From contig CBDCKB010000004.1 in the NCBI GenBank assembly GCA_965217995.1, positions 1,937,170 through 2,001,169 of the forward strand: a stretch of DNA of 64,000 nt, read 5' to 3'. Shown here one piece after another: positions 1 to 10,289 of the stretch. Made by a program: the position numbers and the translations under genes. This stretch comes from Rhodobacterales bacterium (GTDB lineage Bacteria; Pseudomonadota; Alphaproteobacteria; Rhodobacterales; CAZPXZ01). Positions within the stretch are counted from its first letter, which is position 1. Each line of letters starts with the position of its first letter. The notes under the pieces were generated by a model that searched no databases, was not told the DNA's origin, and was given only the letters and a program-made list of their open reading frames with translations.

Positions 1-3000
1 CACCTGCCGGCACTGTGATGACGAATTGGCCGGAGTCCGGTCCCGGCCAATTCAGAGTGTAGTCATCTACATCGGTCGCCGTGAAGTCGGCGGTATAGCC
101 CATGATAACAATAGTATCCAAATCATCACGGGCATTAAGGACCACTCTAAAAGTGGCCTCCACGGAAGGAGTGGCTTCCATCACTGTGGCTACAGGCGTC
201 TCGGACGGTAGCGGCTCAGTACCGGTCGGTAGGGCCCCATCTGTTACAAGATCCACAAAGGCCACAGTCGCCCGGTCGCCGTCGGTGACCGTCACCACAA
301 CCGAGTCAACAGTTACGGTCCCATAGCCGGAGACCGTATGCGCCAGGGTCCGCATGCCACCCAGCGCATCGGCATCCTCTGTGGCCGTCACGGTGACGGT
401 TTGAGAAGTCAACCAGTTGGTCGAACTAAAAGTGAGAGCAAGGGAACCCGGAGAAACCGTGATCGGTGCCGTCGTGCCGGTGTCTGGGGCGATCGTGACC
501 GTCGCGTTCACGGCCGGCGCGCTGTCGAGCACGACCGTGTAAGTCTCCGCCGCTCCCTCGGCGACCGTCAGGGTGGTCGGGGTGATGGTCACCCCGGCCG
601 TGTCGTTGTCGGTGACCGTCACCCTGACATCCGCCGCGATGGCCACGTCCCCATAGCCGGTGACCGTATGCATCAGGGTCCGTATGCCGCTAATCGCATC
701 GGCATCCTCTGTGGCCGTCACGGTGACGGTTTGAGAAGTCAACCAGTTGGTCGAACTAAAAGTGAGGGAAACCGGAGAAACCGTGATCGGTGCCGTCGGG
801 CTGGTGCCTGTGGCGATCGTGACCGTCGCGCTCACGGCCGGCGCGCTGTCGAGCACGACCGTATAAGTCTCCGCCGCTTCTCCCTCGGTGACCTCCACGG
901 CGGTCTCGGAGATGGTCACCCCGGCCGTGTCGTCGTCGTTGACCGTCACCGTGACATCCGCCACGGTGGTCACGTCCCCATAGCCGGTGACCGTATGCGC
1001 CAGGGTCCGCATGCCGCCAATCGCATCGGCATCCTCTGTGGCCGTCACGGTGACGGTTTGAGTATCGGCCCAGTTGGTCGAACTAAAAGTGAGAGCAAGG
1101 GCAGCCGGGGAAACCGTAATCGCTGCCGGCGTGCTGGTGCCCGGATCAATCGTGACCGTCGCGCTCGCGGCCGGCGCGCTGGAGAGCACGACCGTATAAG
1201 TCTCCGCCGTTCCTCCCTCGGTGACCGTCAGGGTGGTCGGGGTGATGGTCACCCCGGCCGTGTCGTTGTCGGCGACTTCCACCGTAACCGACGCAACGGT
1301 GGTCACTCCCGTATAGTCGCTGACCCTATGCGCCAGGATCCGCGTGCCGTCAATCGCATCGTCATCCTCTGTGGCCGTCACGGTGACGGTCTGAGCAATG
1401 CTCCATTCGGCCGGATCAAAACTGAGGATAAGGGTACTCGGGTCAATCGTGATCGGTGCTGTCGGGCTGACATCCGGAACAATGGTGACCAGCACGGTAG
1501 TGTCCGGCCTGGTGTCGAGCACAACCGTATAAGTATCCTCCCCTCCCTCGGCGACCGTCAGGGGGGTGGTCGGGGAGATGGTCACCCCGGCCGTGTCGTT
1601 GTCGATGACCGTCACCTCAACCGATGCCACGTCTGCGTCCGATACCCCCGGATAGTTGCTGACCGTGTGCACCAGAGTCCGCGTGCCGCCAGCCGCATCG
1701 TCATCCTCTGTGGCCGACACGGTGACGGTTTGAGGATCGCGCCAGTCGGTCGAATCAAAACTGAGGGAAGTCGGGGAAACCGTGATCGGCGGTGCCGCGC
1801 TGCTGTCCTGATTGACCCCGATCACCACGGTCCCGGTTGGTTCACTGTCGAGCACGACCGTGTAGGTCTGCTCTCCTCCCTCGGCGACCGTCAGGGGGGT
1901 GGTCGGGGAGATGGTCACCCCGGCCGTGTCGTCGTCGGTGATCACGATCTTGACGGCGCCGTTCACGAACTCGACGAAAGTCTCCAAAGTCACCAAAGTC
2001 ACCGCACCGTCTGGCACTACCATCCTTGAACCATCTGCATCGAGCAGACTAAGGCCGAACGTCTTTTCACCCTCGACAACGTCGTCGTCGAGGATCTCCA
2101 CCGTGAGCGTCTGCCTCTCGTTCCTCGTCCCCGCGAAAGTCAGCGTCGTGGTGGTCTCGGTGTAGTCGCTCCCTACCATCGTACCACCGGTAACGAGTGC
2201 ATTCGCGGTCGAGAGCGTGACTTCGAAGCCAGTCGGGATCGCCCTGTCCAGCACCGCCGTCAGCGTCACATCGCCGATGCCTTCCATCACATGCACTATT
2301 GCGGGGTCGAAGTCGAACACCGCCACGTCAATATCGGTGACCGTCACCTCAACCGGGTCAACGGTTACGGCCCCATAGCCGGTGACCGTATGCGACAGGG
2401 TCCGCATGCCGCCAATCGCATCGTGATCCTCTGTGGCCGTCACGGTGACGGTTTGAGAAGTGCCCCAGTTGGTCGAAGTAAACGTGAGATCCCGGGAACC
2501 CGGGGCACCCGCACCCGCGGTAACCGTGATCGGTGCCGTCGTGCTGTTGTCCGGAACAATGGTGACCGTCACGTCACTGGCCGGCATGCTGCTGAGCACG
2601 ACCGTATAAGTCTCCGCCACTCCTTCCTCGGTGACCGTCAGGGTGGTCGGGGTGATGATCACCCCGGCCGTGTCGTCGTCGTTGACCGTCACCGTAACCG
2701 AGTCAACAATTACGGTCCCATAGCCGCTGACCGTATGCGCCAGGGTCCGCGTGCCGCCAGACGCATCGCCATCCGAGTCAGCCGCCACGGTGACGGGTTG
2801 AGGATCGGCCCAGTTGGTCGAAGTAAACGTGAGATCCAGGGAACCCGGGGTAACCGTGATCGGTGCCGTCGTGCTGCTGTCCGGAACAATCGTGACCGTC
2901 GCGCTCACGGCCGGCGCGCTGGAGAGCACGACCATATAAGTCGCCACCGCTGCTCCCTCGGTGACCGTCAGGGTGGTCGGGGTGATGGTCACCCCGGCCG

Positions 3001-6000
3001 TGTCGTCGTCGTTCACCGTCACCGCAACCGATGCCACGTCCGCGTCCGATACCCCCGCATAGTTGCTGACCGTGTGCATCAGGGTCCGCGTGCCGCCCAA
3101 CGCATCGTCATCCTGGTCGGCCGACACGGTGACGGTTTGAGGCAAGTTCCACTCGGCCGGAATAAAAGCGAGGACGAGAGAACTCGGGTCAATCGTGATC
3201 GGTGCCGTCGTGCTGTTGTCCGGAACAATGGTGACCATCACGGTAGTGTTCGGCATGGTGTCGAGCACGACCGTATACCCTACCCCTGCCACTACTTCCT
3301 CCGTCACCGTCAGGCTGGTCTCGGAGATGGTTACCCCGGGCGTGTCGTTGTCCAGGACTGTCACCTCAACCGATTCCACGTCCGCGTCCGATACCCCCTC
3401 ATAGTTGCTGACCGTGTGCACCAGGGTCCGCGTGCCGCCCGCCGCATCGGCATCCTCTGTGGCCGTCACGGTGACGGTTTGAGCAGTGGTCCAGGTGCTC
3501 GAATCAAAGCTGAGGGAAGTCGGGGAAACCGTGATCGGCGGTGCCGTGACGGTGCCCTTATCGATCCCGATCACCACGGTCCCGGCTGGCTCACTGTTGA
3601 GCACGACCGTATACTCTGCGCCTGCCGCTGCTCCCTCGGTGACCGTCAGGGGGGTCGGGGTGGTCGGGGTGATGGTCACCCCGGCCGTGTCGTCCTCGGT
3701 GACCGTCACCATAACCGATGCCACGCTGGTCACTCCCGTATAGTTGGCCACCGTATGCGCCAGGACCCGCGTGCCGCCCAGCGCATCGTCATCCTGGTCG
3801 GCCGACACGGTGACGGTTTGAGGAGCGGCCCAGGTGGTCGTAGTAAACGTGAGATCCAGGGAACCCGGGGTAACCGTGATCGGTGCCGTCGTGCTGGCGG
3901 TGTCCGGAACAATGGTGACCGTCACGTCTCTGTCCGGTATGGTGTTAAGCACAACCACATAAGTTGCCGCCGCTTCTCCCTCGGTGACCGGCAGGGTGGT
4001 CTCCGAGATGGTCACCCCGGGTATGTCGTCGTCGAGGACCGTCACCGTGACCGACCCCGCGGTGGTCACTCCCGGATAGCCGCTGACCGTATGCGCCAGG
4101 GTCCGCGTGCCGCCAACCGAATCGGAATCCTCTGTGGCCGTCACGGTGACGGTTTGAGGAGCGGCCCAGGTTGCCGGAGTAAAAATGAGATCCCCGGAAC
4201 CCGGGGTAACCGTGATCGGTGCCATCCCGCTGGCATCCTCAGCAATGGTGACCGTCACGTTCCCGACCGGCACGCTGTCGAGCACGACCGTATAAGTCTG
4301 TTCCCTTCCCTCGGTGACCGTCAGCTCGGTCTCCGAGATGGTCACCCCGGCCGTGTCGTCGTTGAGGATCGTGACCCTGGCCAAGGTGTCGCGGAAGCCG
4401 ACGTAATAGTGATCATTGAAATTGAAATCACCAGCGAAATCAGTTGGATTCGCTGGGCTTAGCCTAATTCTATTTGCTGCATCGAGGGCCGGACCAAAGA
4501 ATAAGAACTCTGTATCCTCGACAACGCCGTCGTCGACGATCGGCACCGTGAACGTCTCCGTCTCATTCGCCGCTCCGGCGAACGTCAGCGTCGTGGTGGT
4601 CTCGATGTAGTCGCTCCCTGCTTCCGCAGTGGAAATTCCTGCATATGGCCCCGTGGTCGTGACCTCGAATTCGAAGCCAGCCGGGATCGCCCCGCTCAGC
4701 ACCGCCATCACCGTCACCGCGCTGTCGACACCTTCAGTCACAGTCACTAATGAGGGGGTGAACACGAGCGTCGCTCTGTCATTATCTATGACCGACACCT
4801 CAACCGACGCCGCGGCGGTCACCAACCCATAGCCGGTGACCGTATGCGACAGGGTCCGCAGGCCACCAAGCTGATCAGTATCCTGATCGGCCATCACGGT
4901 GACGATTTGATCAACGTCCCAGGTGGTCGAATTAAAAGTGAGGGTAAGGGCCGGCCCAACCGTGATCGGTGCCGTCGTGCTGCTGCCCGGGTTAATGGTG
5001 ACCGTCGCGATTCCGGCCGGAGCGCTGTTGAGCACGACCGTATAAGTCGTCATGCCTTCTCCCTCCGTGATCCTCACGGGGGGCACCAGGCCCGGCTCCA
5101 GGGGGGGCACGGTGATGGTCACCCCGGCCGTGTCGTTGTCGATGACCGTCACCGCAACCGACGCAACCGCAGGTACGGTCCCATAGCCGGTGACCGTATG
5201 CGCCAGGGTCCGCAGGCCGCCAATCGCATCGTCATCCTCGGTGGCCGTCACGGTGACGGCTTGGGCAGTGTCCCAATTGTCCGAACCAAAAGTGAGGGTA
5301 AGGGCCGCCGGGGCAACCGTGATCGGTGCCGTCGTGCTGCTGCCAGGGTCGATCGTGACCGTCGCGCTCACGGCCGGCGCGCTGGAGAGCACGACCATAT
5401 AAGTCGCCGCCGCTGCTCCCTCGGTGACCTCCACGGCGGTCTCGGAGATGGTCACCCCGGCCGTGTCGTTGTCGATGACCGTCACCGCAACCGACGCAAT
5501 CGCAGGTACGGTCCCATAGCCGGTGACCGTATGCGCCAGGGTCCGCAGGCCGCCAATCGCATCGTCATCCTCGGTGGCCGTCACGGTGACGGCTTGGGCA
5601 GTGTCCCAGTCGCCCGAACTGAAAGTGAGGGTAAGGGCCGCCGGGGCAACCGTGATCGGTGCCGTCGTGCTGCTGCCAGGGTCGATCGTGACCGTCACAC
5701 TCGCGGCCGGCGCGCTGTTGAGCACGACCATATAAGTCGCCGCCGCTGCTCCCTCGGTGACCTCCAGGGCGGTCTCGGAGATGGTCACCCCGGCCGTGTC
5801 GTTGTCGGTGACCGTCACCTCAACCGAGTCAACGGTTACGGCCCCATAGCCGGTGACCGTATGCGCCAGGGTCCGCGTGCCGCCAATCGCATCGTCATCC
5901 TCGGTGGCCGTCACGGTGACGGTTTGAGGGGCGTCCCAGTTGGTCGAATCAAAAGCGAGGGTAAGGGAACCCGGGTCAACCGTGATCGGTGCCGTCGCGC

Positions 6001-9000
6001 TGCTGTCCGGATCAATGGTGACCGTCACGGGCCCGTCCGGATCGCTGTTGAGCACGACCGTATAACTCGCCGCCAATCCTTCCTCGGTGATCGCCAGGCT
6101 GGTCTCCAAGATGGTCACCCCGGCCGTGTCGTCGTCGGTGATCGTGACCATGGCGGAGGCACCGCCGAAGTTGACGTAATAGTCATCATTGAAATTGAAA
6201 TCAGCAGCAAAATCATCCGGATTCATTGGGATTAGCCTCACTTGACCTTCTTCATCGATGGCCAGACCAATGACGAGCACCTCTAGATTCTCGGCAACGT
6301 TGTCGTCGAGGATCGGCACCATGAACTCCTGCGTCTCGCCCGCCGTCCCGGCGAAAGTCAGCGTCACGGTGGTCGAGGTGTAGTCGCTCCCTGGGAGCGG
6401 AGAACCAGGAGTGGAGGTGCCTTCAAATCCCGTGGTCGAGACCGTGACTTCGAAGCCATCCGGGATCGCACTGCTCAGCACCGCCGTCAGCGTCACCGCG
6501 CCCTCGCCTTCAGTCGCAAGCACTCGTTGGGGGGCGAAGCTGAACGTCGCTCTGTCATTATCGATGACTGTCACCTCAACCGACTCCACATCCGCGTTCT
6601 GTAGCCCCGCATAGCCGACGACCGTATGCGACAGGGTCCGCGTGCCGCCAGCCGCATCGGCATCCACGCCGGCCGTCACGGTGAAGCTTTGAGCAACGTT
6701 CCAGTTGGCCGGAGTAAAAGTGCGGGCAAGCGGGGAAACCGTGACCGGTGCCGTCGCGCTGGCGTCCGCGTCCGGAGCAACGGTGACCACCACGTCACCG
6801 CCCGGTATGGTGTCGAGCACGACCGTATAATCTGCCCCCGCCTCCTCCTCCGTGACCGTCAGGGTGGCCGGAGAAACGCTCACCCCGGCCGTGTCGTCGT
6901 CGGTGACCGTCACCATAACCGTACCAACCTCGTTGTCGAATATCCCCCCATAGCCGGAGATCGTGTGGTTCAGGGTCCGCGTGCCGCCAATCGCATCGTC
7001 ATCCGCATCGGCCGTCACGGTGAAGCTTTGATTGGTCTCCCAGTTCCCCGAATTAAAAGTAAGGGAAGTCGGGGAAACCGTGATCGGTGGCGTCGTGCTG
7101 GTGCCCACATCGACGGTGATCACCACCTCCTGGAGCGGGTCGGTGCGGAGCCTGAGCATGTAGCTTGCCCCCGCCTCCTCCTCCGTGACCGCCAGGGTGC
7201 CGGGCGAGAGGGTCACCCCGGCCGTGTCGTCGTCGGTGACCGTCACCACAACCGAGGCAACGGTTACCGCCCCATAGCCGATGCCGGAGCCGCTGATCGT
7301 ATGCATCACGCGCGGAGTGCCGCCAATCCCGTCACCATCCTGGGCGACCGTCACATTGATGGTTCGAGAAGTGGCCCAGTGAGTGGGCCCGGAGGTCGTA
7401 TCAAAAACCTGGGTCAAGGACTCGGCAATCTCCAAATCTGCCGTCGTGTCGGGCGCGACCGCAAGGGTGACCGTCACGCTCCCTGCCGGGTCGCTGTTGA
7501 GCACGATCGAATAAGTCCCCGAGCTTCCCTCCCTGAGCGCCAGATTGGCCCGCGAGATGTTCACGCCGGCAACGTCGTCGTCGGTAATGGTCACATCGAC
7601 AGTGTCAGAGGTAGTGACCGGCTGCGCATTGCCCATCAGGCTGATCAGCGAGACCATGAAGGTCTCCCCCGCCCCCTCGTCCACGCGGTCGGAAAGGATC
7701 TCCACCGTGAACGTCTCCTCCTCAGCGGGAGTCCCGGCAAAAGTCAGCCGCGTCGCGCCGAGTGCGGTGTAGTCCTCCCCTTCGGTCGCCGTGACCCCAG
7801 TGATCAGGACACCGACGCTGAAGCCTCCTGGGAGTGCGAGATCCGCTGTCGCCGTCACCGTCACCGTGCCGCTGGCGACAGATTCGGACACCGGATCGGC
7901 ACTCAGGGTGACCGTCGGCGAGTCGTTGTCGAGCACCTGCAACGTCACCGCATTAACGGGCAGGGTCGTCCCATCCGAGGTCGCCGTGCCCGAGACCATC
8001 ACGGTCTCAGCCCCTTCCGCCACCCTGTCGCCGACCACCGTCAGGGTGAGAGCTGCCGTCATGGTCCTAGCACCCGGGGGGATGGTGATCGTGAGAGGGA
8101 CCGGGGTGATGTCCGTTCCCGCGGTGGCGGGGTTCGCTCCCACGGTCGCCGGATTTGTGGCGCCGTCCGCCACCGTGATCACAACCTCGGTCGGGGCGGC
8201 GAGGAGGCCGCTATCCGCAGGATCCAACGACACCCTCAGCGTAATCGTTCTCTCCGCATCCGCGTCCGTCTCCGCCACAACCGCTGTTGGGGTGACGAGC
8301 TCCAGGAGGACATTCGTCGGGCTCTCCTCGTCGTCGACGACCATCACCGTGAGCTCCGCTCTCGTTGGGTCGGTGAACTCCGGATAGCCGGTGATCGTAT
8401 GCCCCACTATCAGCGTGGCATCACTCGCATCGGCATCGTCTGCGACCGTCACGGTGAAGGTTTGATTCGTGTTCCCGTTGGCCGGAGTAAAAGTGAGGGA
8501 AGCCGGAGAAACCGTGATCCCTGCCGATTCGCTGGCACCCACAACGGGCTTGACCGTCGCGTCCGCGACCAGCTGGTGTTGGAACCTGACCGTATATTGA
8601 TATGTATCCGTCCCTCCCTCGAAGACCGTCAGCGGGTCAGGCGTGATGATCAAGCCGGGCGTTCCGTCGTCGATGATATTCACCTTTATATTCACCACGT
8701 CGGCGTCCATCACGCCCGCATAGCCGCTGACCGTATGATCCTGGAACACCGTGTCGTCAACCGCGTCAGAATCACGCGGGGTCCTCGCGCTGACTACTCT
8801 AGGCCTGCTCCAGCGATTGACACCGGACGAAGTAAAAGTGTTTACAAAGACCCCGCCAAACGCTATGAAACTTCTCGTGCCGGTCCTTTGATCATGGGTG
8901 ACCCGCACGGTCCCTCCCGGGCCCGGGTCACTGTCGAGCACGATCGTATACTCCAGCGCATCTCCCTCATCGACATTCACCTCGATCTCGCCCTCGACCT

Positions 9001-9991
9001 CATTGACAATATCCCCGTTCGTCACCGCGATGGTCACGCCGGCAACGTCATCATCTTCGATCGTCAGCGTCGTCGGCGTAATGGTACCACCATACCCTTC
9101 CGCCGTACCGGAAACCGTCAGGGTCTCATCCTCTTCATCCACACGGTCGCCGATCACCGTCAGTGTCAAAACACCCGTGCCGCGGGGCATGTTCGCGGGG
9201 ATGGTGACCGTGAGGGAGGTTGAGGGCGCGGTGAAATCCGCCGCCGTAGCCGCATTTGTGCCGCCACCGGCCACCGAGATCACAACCTCCGTCGCGCTGG
9301 CGGGAACGCTCCCCTGGTGCTCCGCGGTCACCGTAATCTCGGACACAAGGTTGACGCCGCTTCCCTCGACCACATCCGTTTGACTGAGACTCAGGTCGAT
9401 GCTCGCATCGTCATTGTCGATGATCGTTATCGTCGCGGGTGTTACAGTTTGGCCAAGAAAAGTACCCACACTCGCCCCCGAACCAACAGTGATCGTGAAG
9501 AACTCGTCGTCGTCATCGAGCGTATCTTCGAGTATGTTTATGCGTAGGGTAGCGACAGCAAAGCTTTGGCCGCTCCCCGTGAACGAAGCACTCGACCCCC
9601 CCCGACCATAATCCGTGTTATAGGTCGCCGTATCCCCGTGTTTGGCAGGATTGTCCACACGGAATGGAACAGAAATGCGGCTACCTTGGTCCGGATACTG
9701 TATGTAAGCTCTGATATTGTTACTGTTGAGGGCACCGGTTGCGCTTTCGTCCACGGTCATGGTGTTGGCAAAGGTGTTGGGAAAGACACTCGAGTCCCGG
9801 ATATAGACAGTATAGTTATCCAACTGTGCCCAGGATTCGCCGGATACCGCCAGCAGCAACCCAGCCAGCACCAGCACGCTTCCGATGCGCCCCCCTCGCC
9901 AGAACCGGAATTTCCGGCAATCGACCCGACCCGCAGAGCCGCAGCCCGCCCCGGCTTCCCCGGAACGGGATGACCGAAAGGAACTCGTCAT
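1..9991 (-). CDS. Giant secreted repeat adhesin (Calx-beta / cadherin-like Ig-fold repeats), 3' end runs off the window, >3300 aa
   Basis: ATG at 9991 reads MTSSF...IGSVLVLAGLLLAVSGESWA|QLDN (signal peptide). Repeats translate as DTAGVTITPTTLTVAEG..YTVVLDSAP..LTFS.TNW.T.QTVTVTA.EDADA..., plus Calx-beta-like SDY...TLTFAG...FTV.I.DD.V.E modules. The track has no stop-terminated minus ORF below 9538, and the four long + strand shadow ORFs share one register, so the frame appears open to position 1. Confidence 0.88.
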   Translation of the reverse strand, partial: MTSSFRSSRSGEAGAGCGSAGRVDCRKFRFWRGGRIGSVLVLAGLLLAVSGESWAQLDNYTVYIRDSSVFPNTFANTMTVDESATGALNSNNIRAYIQYPDQGSRISVPFRVDNPAKHGDTATYNTDYGRGGSSASFTGSGQSFAVATLRINILEDTLDDDDEFFTITVGSGASVGTFLGQTVTPATITIIDNDDASIDLSLSQTDVVEGSGVNLVSEITVTAEHQGSVPASATEVVISVAGGGTNAATAADFTAPSTSLTVTIPANMPRGTGVLTLTVIGDRVDEEDETLTVSGTAEGYGGTITPTTLTIEDDDVAGVTIAVTNGDIVNEVEGEIEVNVDEGDALEYTIVLDSDPGPGGTVRVTHDQRTGTRSFIAFGGVFVNTFTSSGVNRWSRPRVVSARTPRDSDAVDDTVFQDHTVSGYAGVMDADVVNIKVNIIDDGTPGLIITPDPLTVFEGGTDTYQYTVRFQHQLVADATVKPVVGASESAGITVSPASLTFTPANGNTNQTFTVTVADDADASDATLIVGHTITGYPEFTDPTRAELTVMVVDDEESPTNVLLELVTPTAVVAETDADAERTITLRVSLDPADSGLLAAPTEVVITVADGATNPATVGANPATAGTDITPVPLTITIPPGARTMTAALTLTVVGDRVAEGAETVMVSGTATSDGTTLPVNAVTLQVLDNDSPTVTLSADPVSESVASGTVTVTATADLALPGGFSVGVLITGVTATEGEDYTALGATRLTFAGTPAEEETFTVEILSDRVDEGAGETFMVSLISLMGNAQPVTTSDTVDVTITDDDVAGVNISRANLALREGSSGTYSIVLNSDPAGSVTVTLAVAPDTTADLEIAESLTQVFDTTSGPTHWATSRTINVTVAQDGDGIGGTPRVMHTISGSGIGYGAVTVASVVVTVTDDDTAGVTLSPGTLAVTEEEAGASYMLRLRTDPLQEVVITVDVGTSTTPPITVSPTSLTFNSGNWETNQSFTVTADADDDAIGGTRTLNHTISGYGGIFDNEVGTVMVTVTDDDTAGVSVSPATLTVTEEEAGADYTVVLDTIPGGDVVVTVAPDADASATAPVTVSPLARTFTPANWNVAQSFTVTAGVDADAAGGTRTLSHTVVGYAGLQNADVESVEVTVIDNDRATFSFAPQRVLATEGEGAVTLTAVLSSAIPDGFEVTVSTTGFEGTSTPGSPLPGSDYTSTTVTLTFAGTAGETQEFMVPILDDNVAENLEVLVIGLAIDEEGQVRLIPMNPDDFAADFNFNDDYYVNFGGASAMVTITDDDTAGVTILETSLAITEEGLAASYTVVLNSDPDGPVTVTIDPDSSATAPITVDPGSLTLAFDSTNWDAPQTVTVTATEDDDAIGGTRTLAHTVTGYGAVTVDSVEVTVTDNDTAGVTISETALEVTEGAAAATYMVVLNSAPAASVTVTIDPGSSTTAPITVAPAALTLTFSSGDWDTAQAVTVTATEDDDAIGGLRTLAHTVTGYGTVPAIASVAVTVIDNDTAGVTISETAVEVTEGAAAATYMVVLSSAPAVSATVTIDPGSSTTAPITVAPAALTLTFGSDNWDTAQAVTVTATEDDDAIGGLRTLAHTVTGYGTVPAVASVAVTVIDNDTAGVTITVPPLEPGLVPPVRITEGEGMTTYTVVLNSAPAGIATVTINPGSSTTAPITVGPALTLTFNSTTWDVDQIVTVMADQDTDQLGGLRTLSHTVTGYGLVTAAASVEVSVIDNDRATLVFTPSLVTVTEGVDSAVTVMAVLSGAIPAGFEFEVTTTGPYAGISTAEAGSDYIETTTTLTFAGAANETETFTVPIVDDGVVEDTEFLFFGPALDAANRIRLSPANPTDFAGDFNFNDHYYVGFRDTLARVTILNDDTAGVTISETELTVTEGREQTYTVVLDSVPVGNVTVTIAEDASGMAPITVTPGSGDLIFTPATWAAPQTVTVTATEDSDSVGGTRTLAHTVSGYPGVTTAGSVTVTVLDDDIPGVTISETTLPVTEGEAAATYVVVLNTIPDRDVTVTIVPDTASTTAPITVTPGSLDLTFTTTTWAAPQTVTVSADQDDDALGGTRVLAHTVANYTGVTSVASVMVTVTEDDTAGVTITPTTPTPLTVTEGAAAGAEYTVVLNSEPAGTVVIGIDKGTVTAPPITVSPTSLSFDSSTWTTAQTVTVTATEDADAAGGTRTLVHTVSNYEGVSDADVESVEVTVLDNDTPGVTISETSLTVTEEVVAGVGYTVVLDTMPNTTVMVTIVPDNSTTAPITIDPSSLVLAFIPAEWNLPQTVTVSADQDDDALGGTRTLMHTVSNYAGVSDADVASVAVTVNDDDTAGVTITPTTLTVTEGAAVATYMVVLSSAPAVSATVTIVPDSSTTAPITVTPGSLDLTFTSTNWADPQPVTVAADSDGDASGGTRTLAHTVSGYGTVIVDSVTVTVNDDDTAGVIITPTTLTVTEEGVAETYTVVLSSMPASDVTVTIVPDNSTTAPITVTAGAGAPGSRDLTFTSTNWGTSQTVTVTATEDHDAIGGMRTLSHTVTGYGAVTVDPVEVTVTDIDVAVFDFDPAIVHVMEGIGDVTLTAVLDRAIPTGFEVTLSTANALVTGGTMVGSDYTETTTTLTFAGTRNERQTLTVEILDDDVVEGEKTFGLSLLDADGSRMVVPDGAVTLVTLETFVEFVNGAVKIVITDDDTAGVTISPTTPLTVAEGGEQTYTVVLDSEPTGTVVIGVNQDSSAAPPITVSPTSLSFDSTDWRDPQTVTVSATEDDDAAGGTRTLVHTVSNYPGVSDADVASVEVTVIDNDTAGVTISPTTPLTVAEGGEDTYTVVLDTRPDTTVLVTIVPDVSPTAPITIDPSTLILSFDPAEWSIAQTVTVTATEDDDAIDGTRILAHRVSDYTGVTTVASVTVEVADNDTAGVTITPTTLTVTEGGTAETYTVVLSSAPAASATVTIDPGTSTPAAITVSPAALALTFSSTNWADTQTVTVTATEDADAIGGMRTLAHTVTGYGDVTTVADVTVTVNDDDTAGVTISETAVEVTEGEAAETYTVVLDSAPAVSATVTIATGTSPTAPITVSPVSLTFSSTNWLTSQTVTVTATEDADAISGIRTLMHTVTGYGDVAIAADVRVTVTDNDTAGVTITPTTLTVAEGAAETYTVVLDSAPAVNATVTIAPDTGTTAPITVSPGSLALTFSSTNWLTSQTVTVTATEDADALGGMRTLAHTVSGYGTVTVDSVVVTVTDGDRATVAFVDLVTDGALPTGTEPLPSETPVATVMEATPSVEATFRVVLNARDDLDTIVIMGYTADFTATDVDDYTLNWPGPDSGQFVITVPAG
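300..9050 (-). repeat. About 20 copies of a ~330 bp (110 aa) module in blocks of roughly 5/6/4/3/2, separated by Calx-beta-like modules
   Basis: Anchor accccggccgtgtcgt (or a close variant) recurs near 591, 918, 1251, 1584, 1917, 2661, 2991, 3333, 3678, 4014, 4344, 5121, 5454, 5787, 6117, 6882, 7215, 7563, 8652 and 9036. Confidence 0.9.
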
Positions 9992-10005
9992 GCAATGGCG
10001 GACAT
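9988..10005 (-). other. 5-codon leader ORF (MSAIA*) whose stop overlaps the adhesin start codon
   Basis: Minus strand reads AGGAGG-gacgaat-ATG TCC GCC ATT GCA TGA; the adhesin ATG lies in the ATGA overlap. Confidence 0.5.
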
Positions 10006-10289
10006 ATTCGTCCCTCCTAAAAAAGGCGCGCAGATACGAAGAAACGCAGAGCATCCCTGCCCTCGCTGTCGTAGCAACGAAGTGGTGCGATAGGCACACC
10101 GGGGACATCCTAGCACATCCGTGCGATTGCACAATCACCGCACGCAACCACTACATCGGGTGTTCCTGGCAGACCTGTCGGCGTAGATTTTCCCGCCGGA
10201 GCGGGGAAGGCCCGTCGCGCCGGAGACCCGAATCACCTTGCGGCCGTCCGTTCCCGGAACGCCGGCAGGCGGTGGCCGGACCGATTCGG

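Noticed and set aside
22-52. Perfect 11-bp inverted repeat GAATTGGCCGG...CCGGCCAATTC
   Set aside because: Inside the adhesin coding frame, single copy, no U-tract; not supportable as a terminator.
300-9050. Regular repeats as a possible CRISPR array or DGR template/variable repeats
   Set aside because: Units are ~330 bp coding modules without unique spacers; no cas or reverse transcriptase gene in the window; differences are not obviously adenine-specific.
338-9223. Four long + strand ORFs (563, 723, 463, 865 aa) rich in R/H/G/D
   Set aside because: In-register antisense shadows of the minus-strand adhesin; the composition reflects reverse-complemented Val/Thr/Asp codons.
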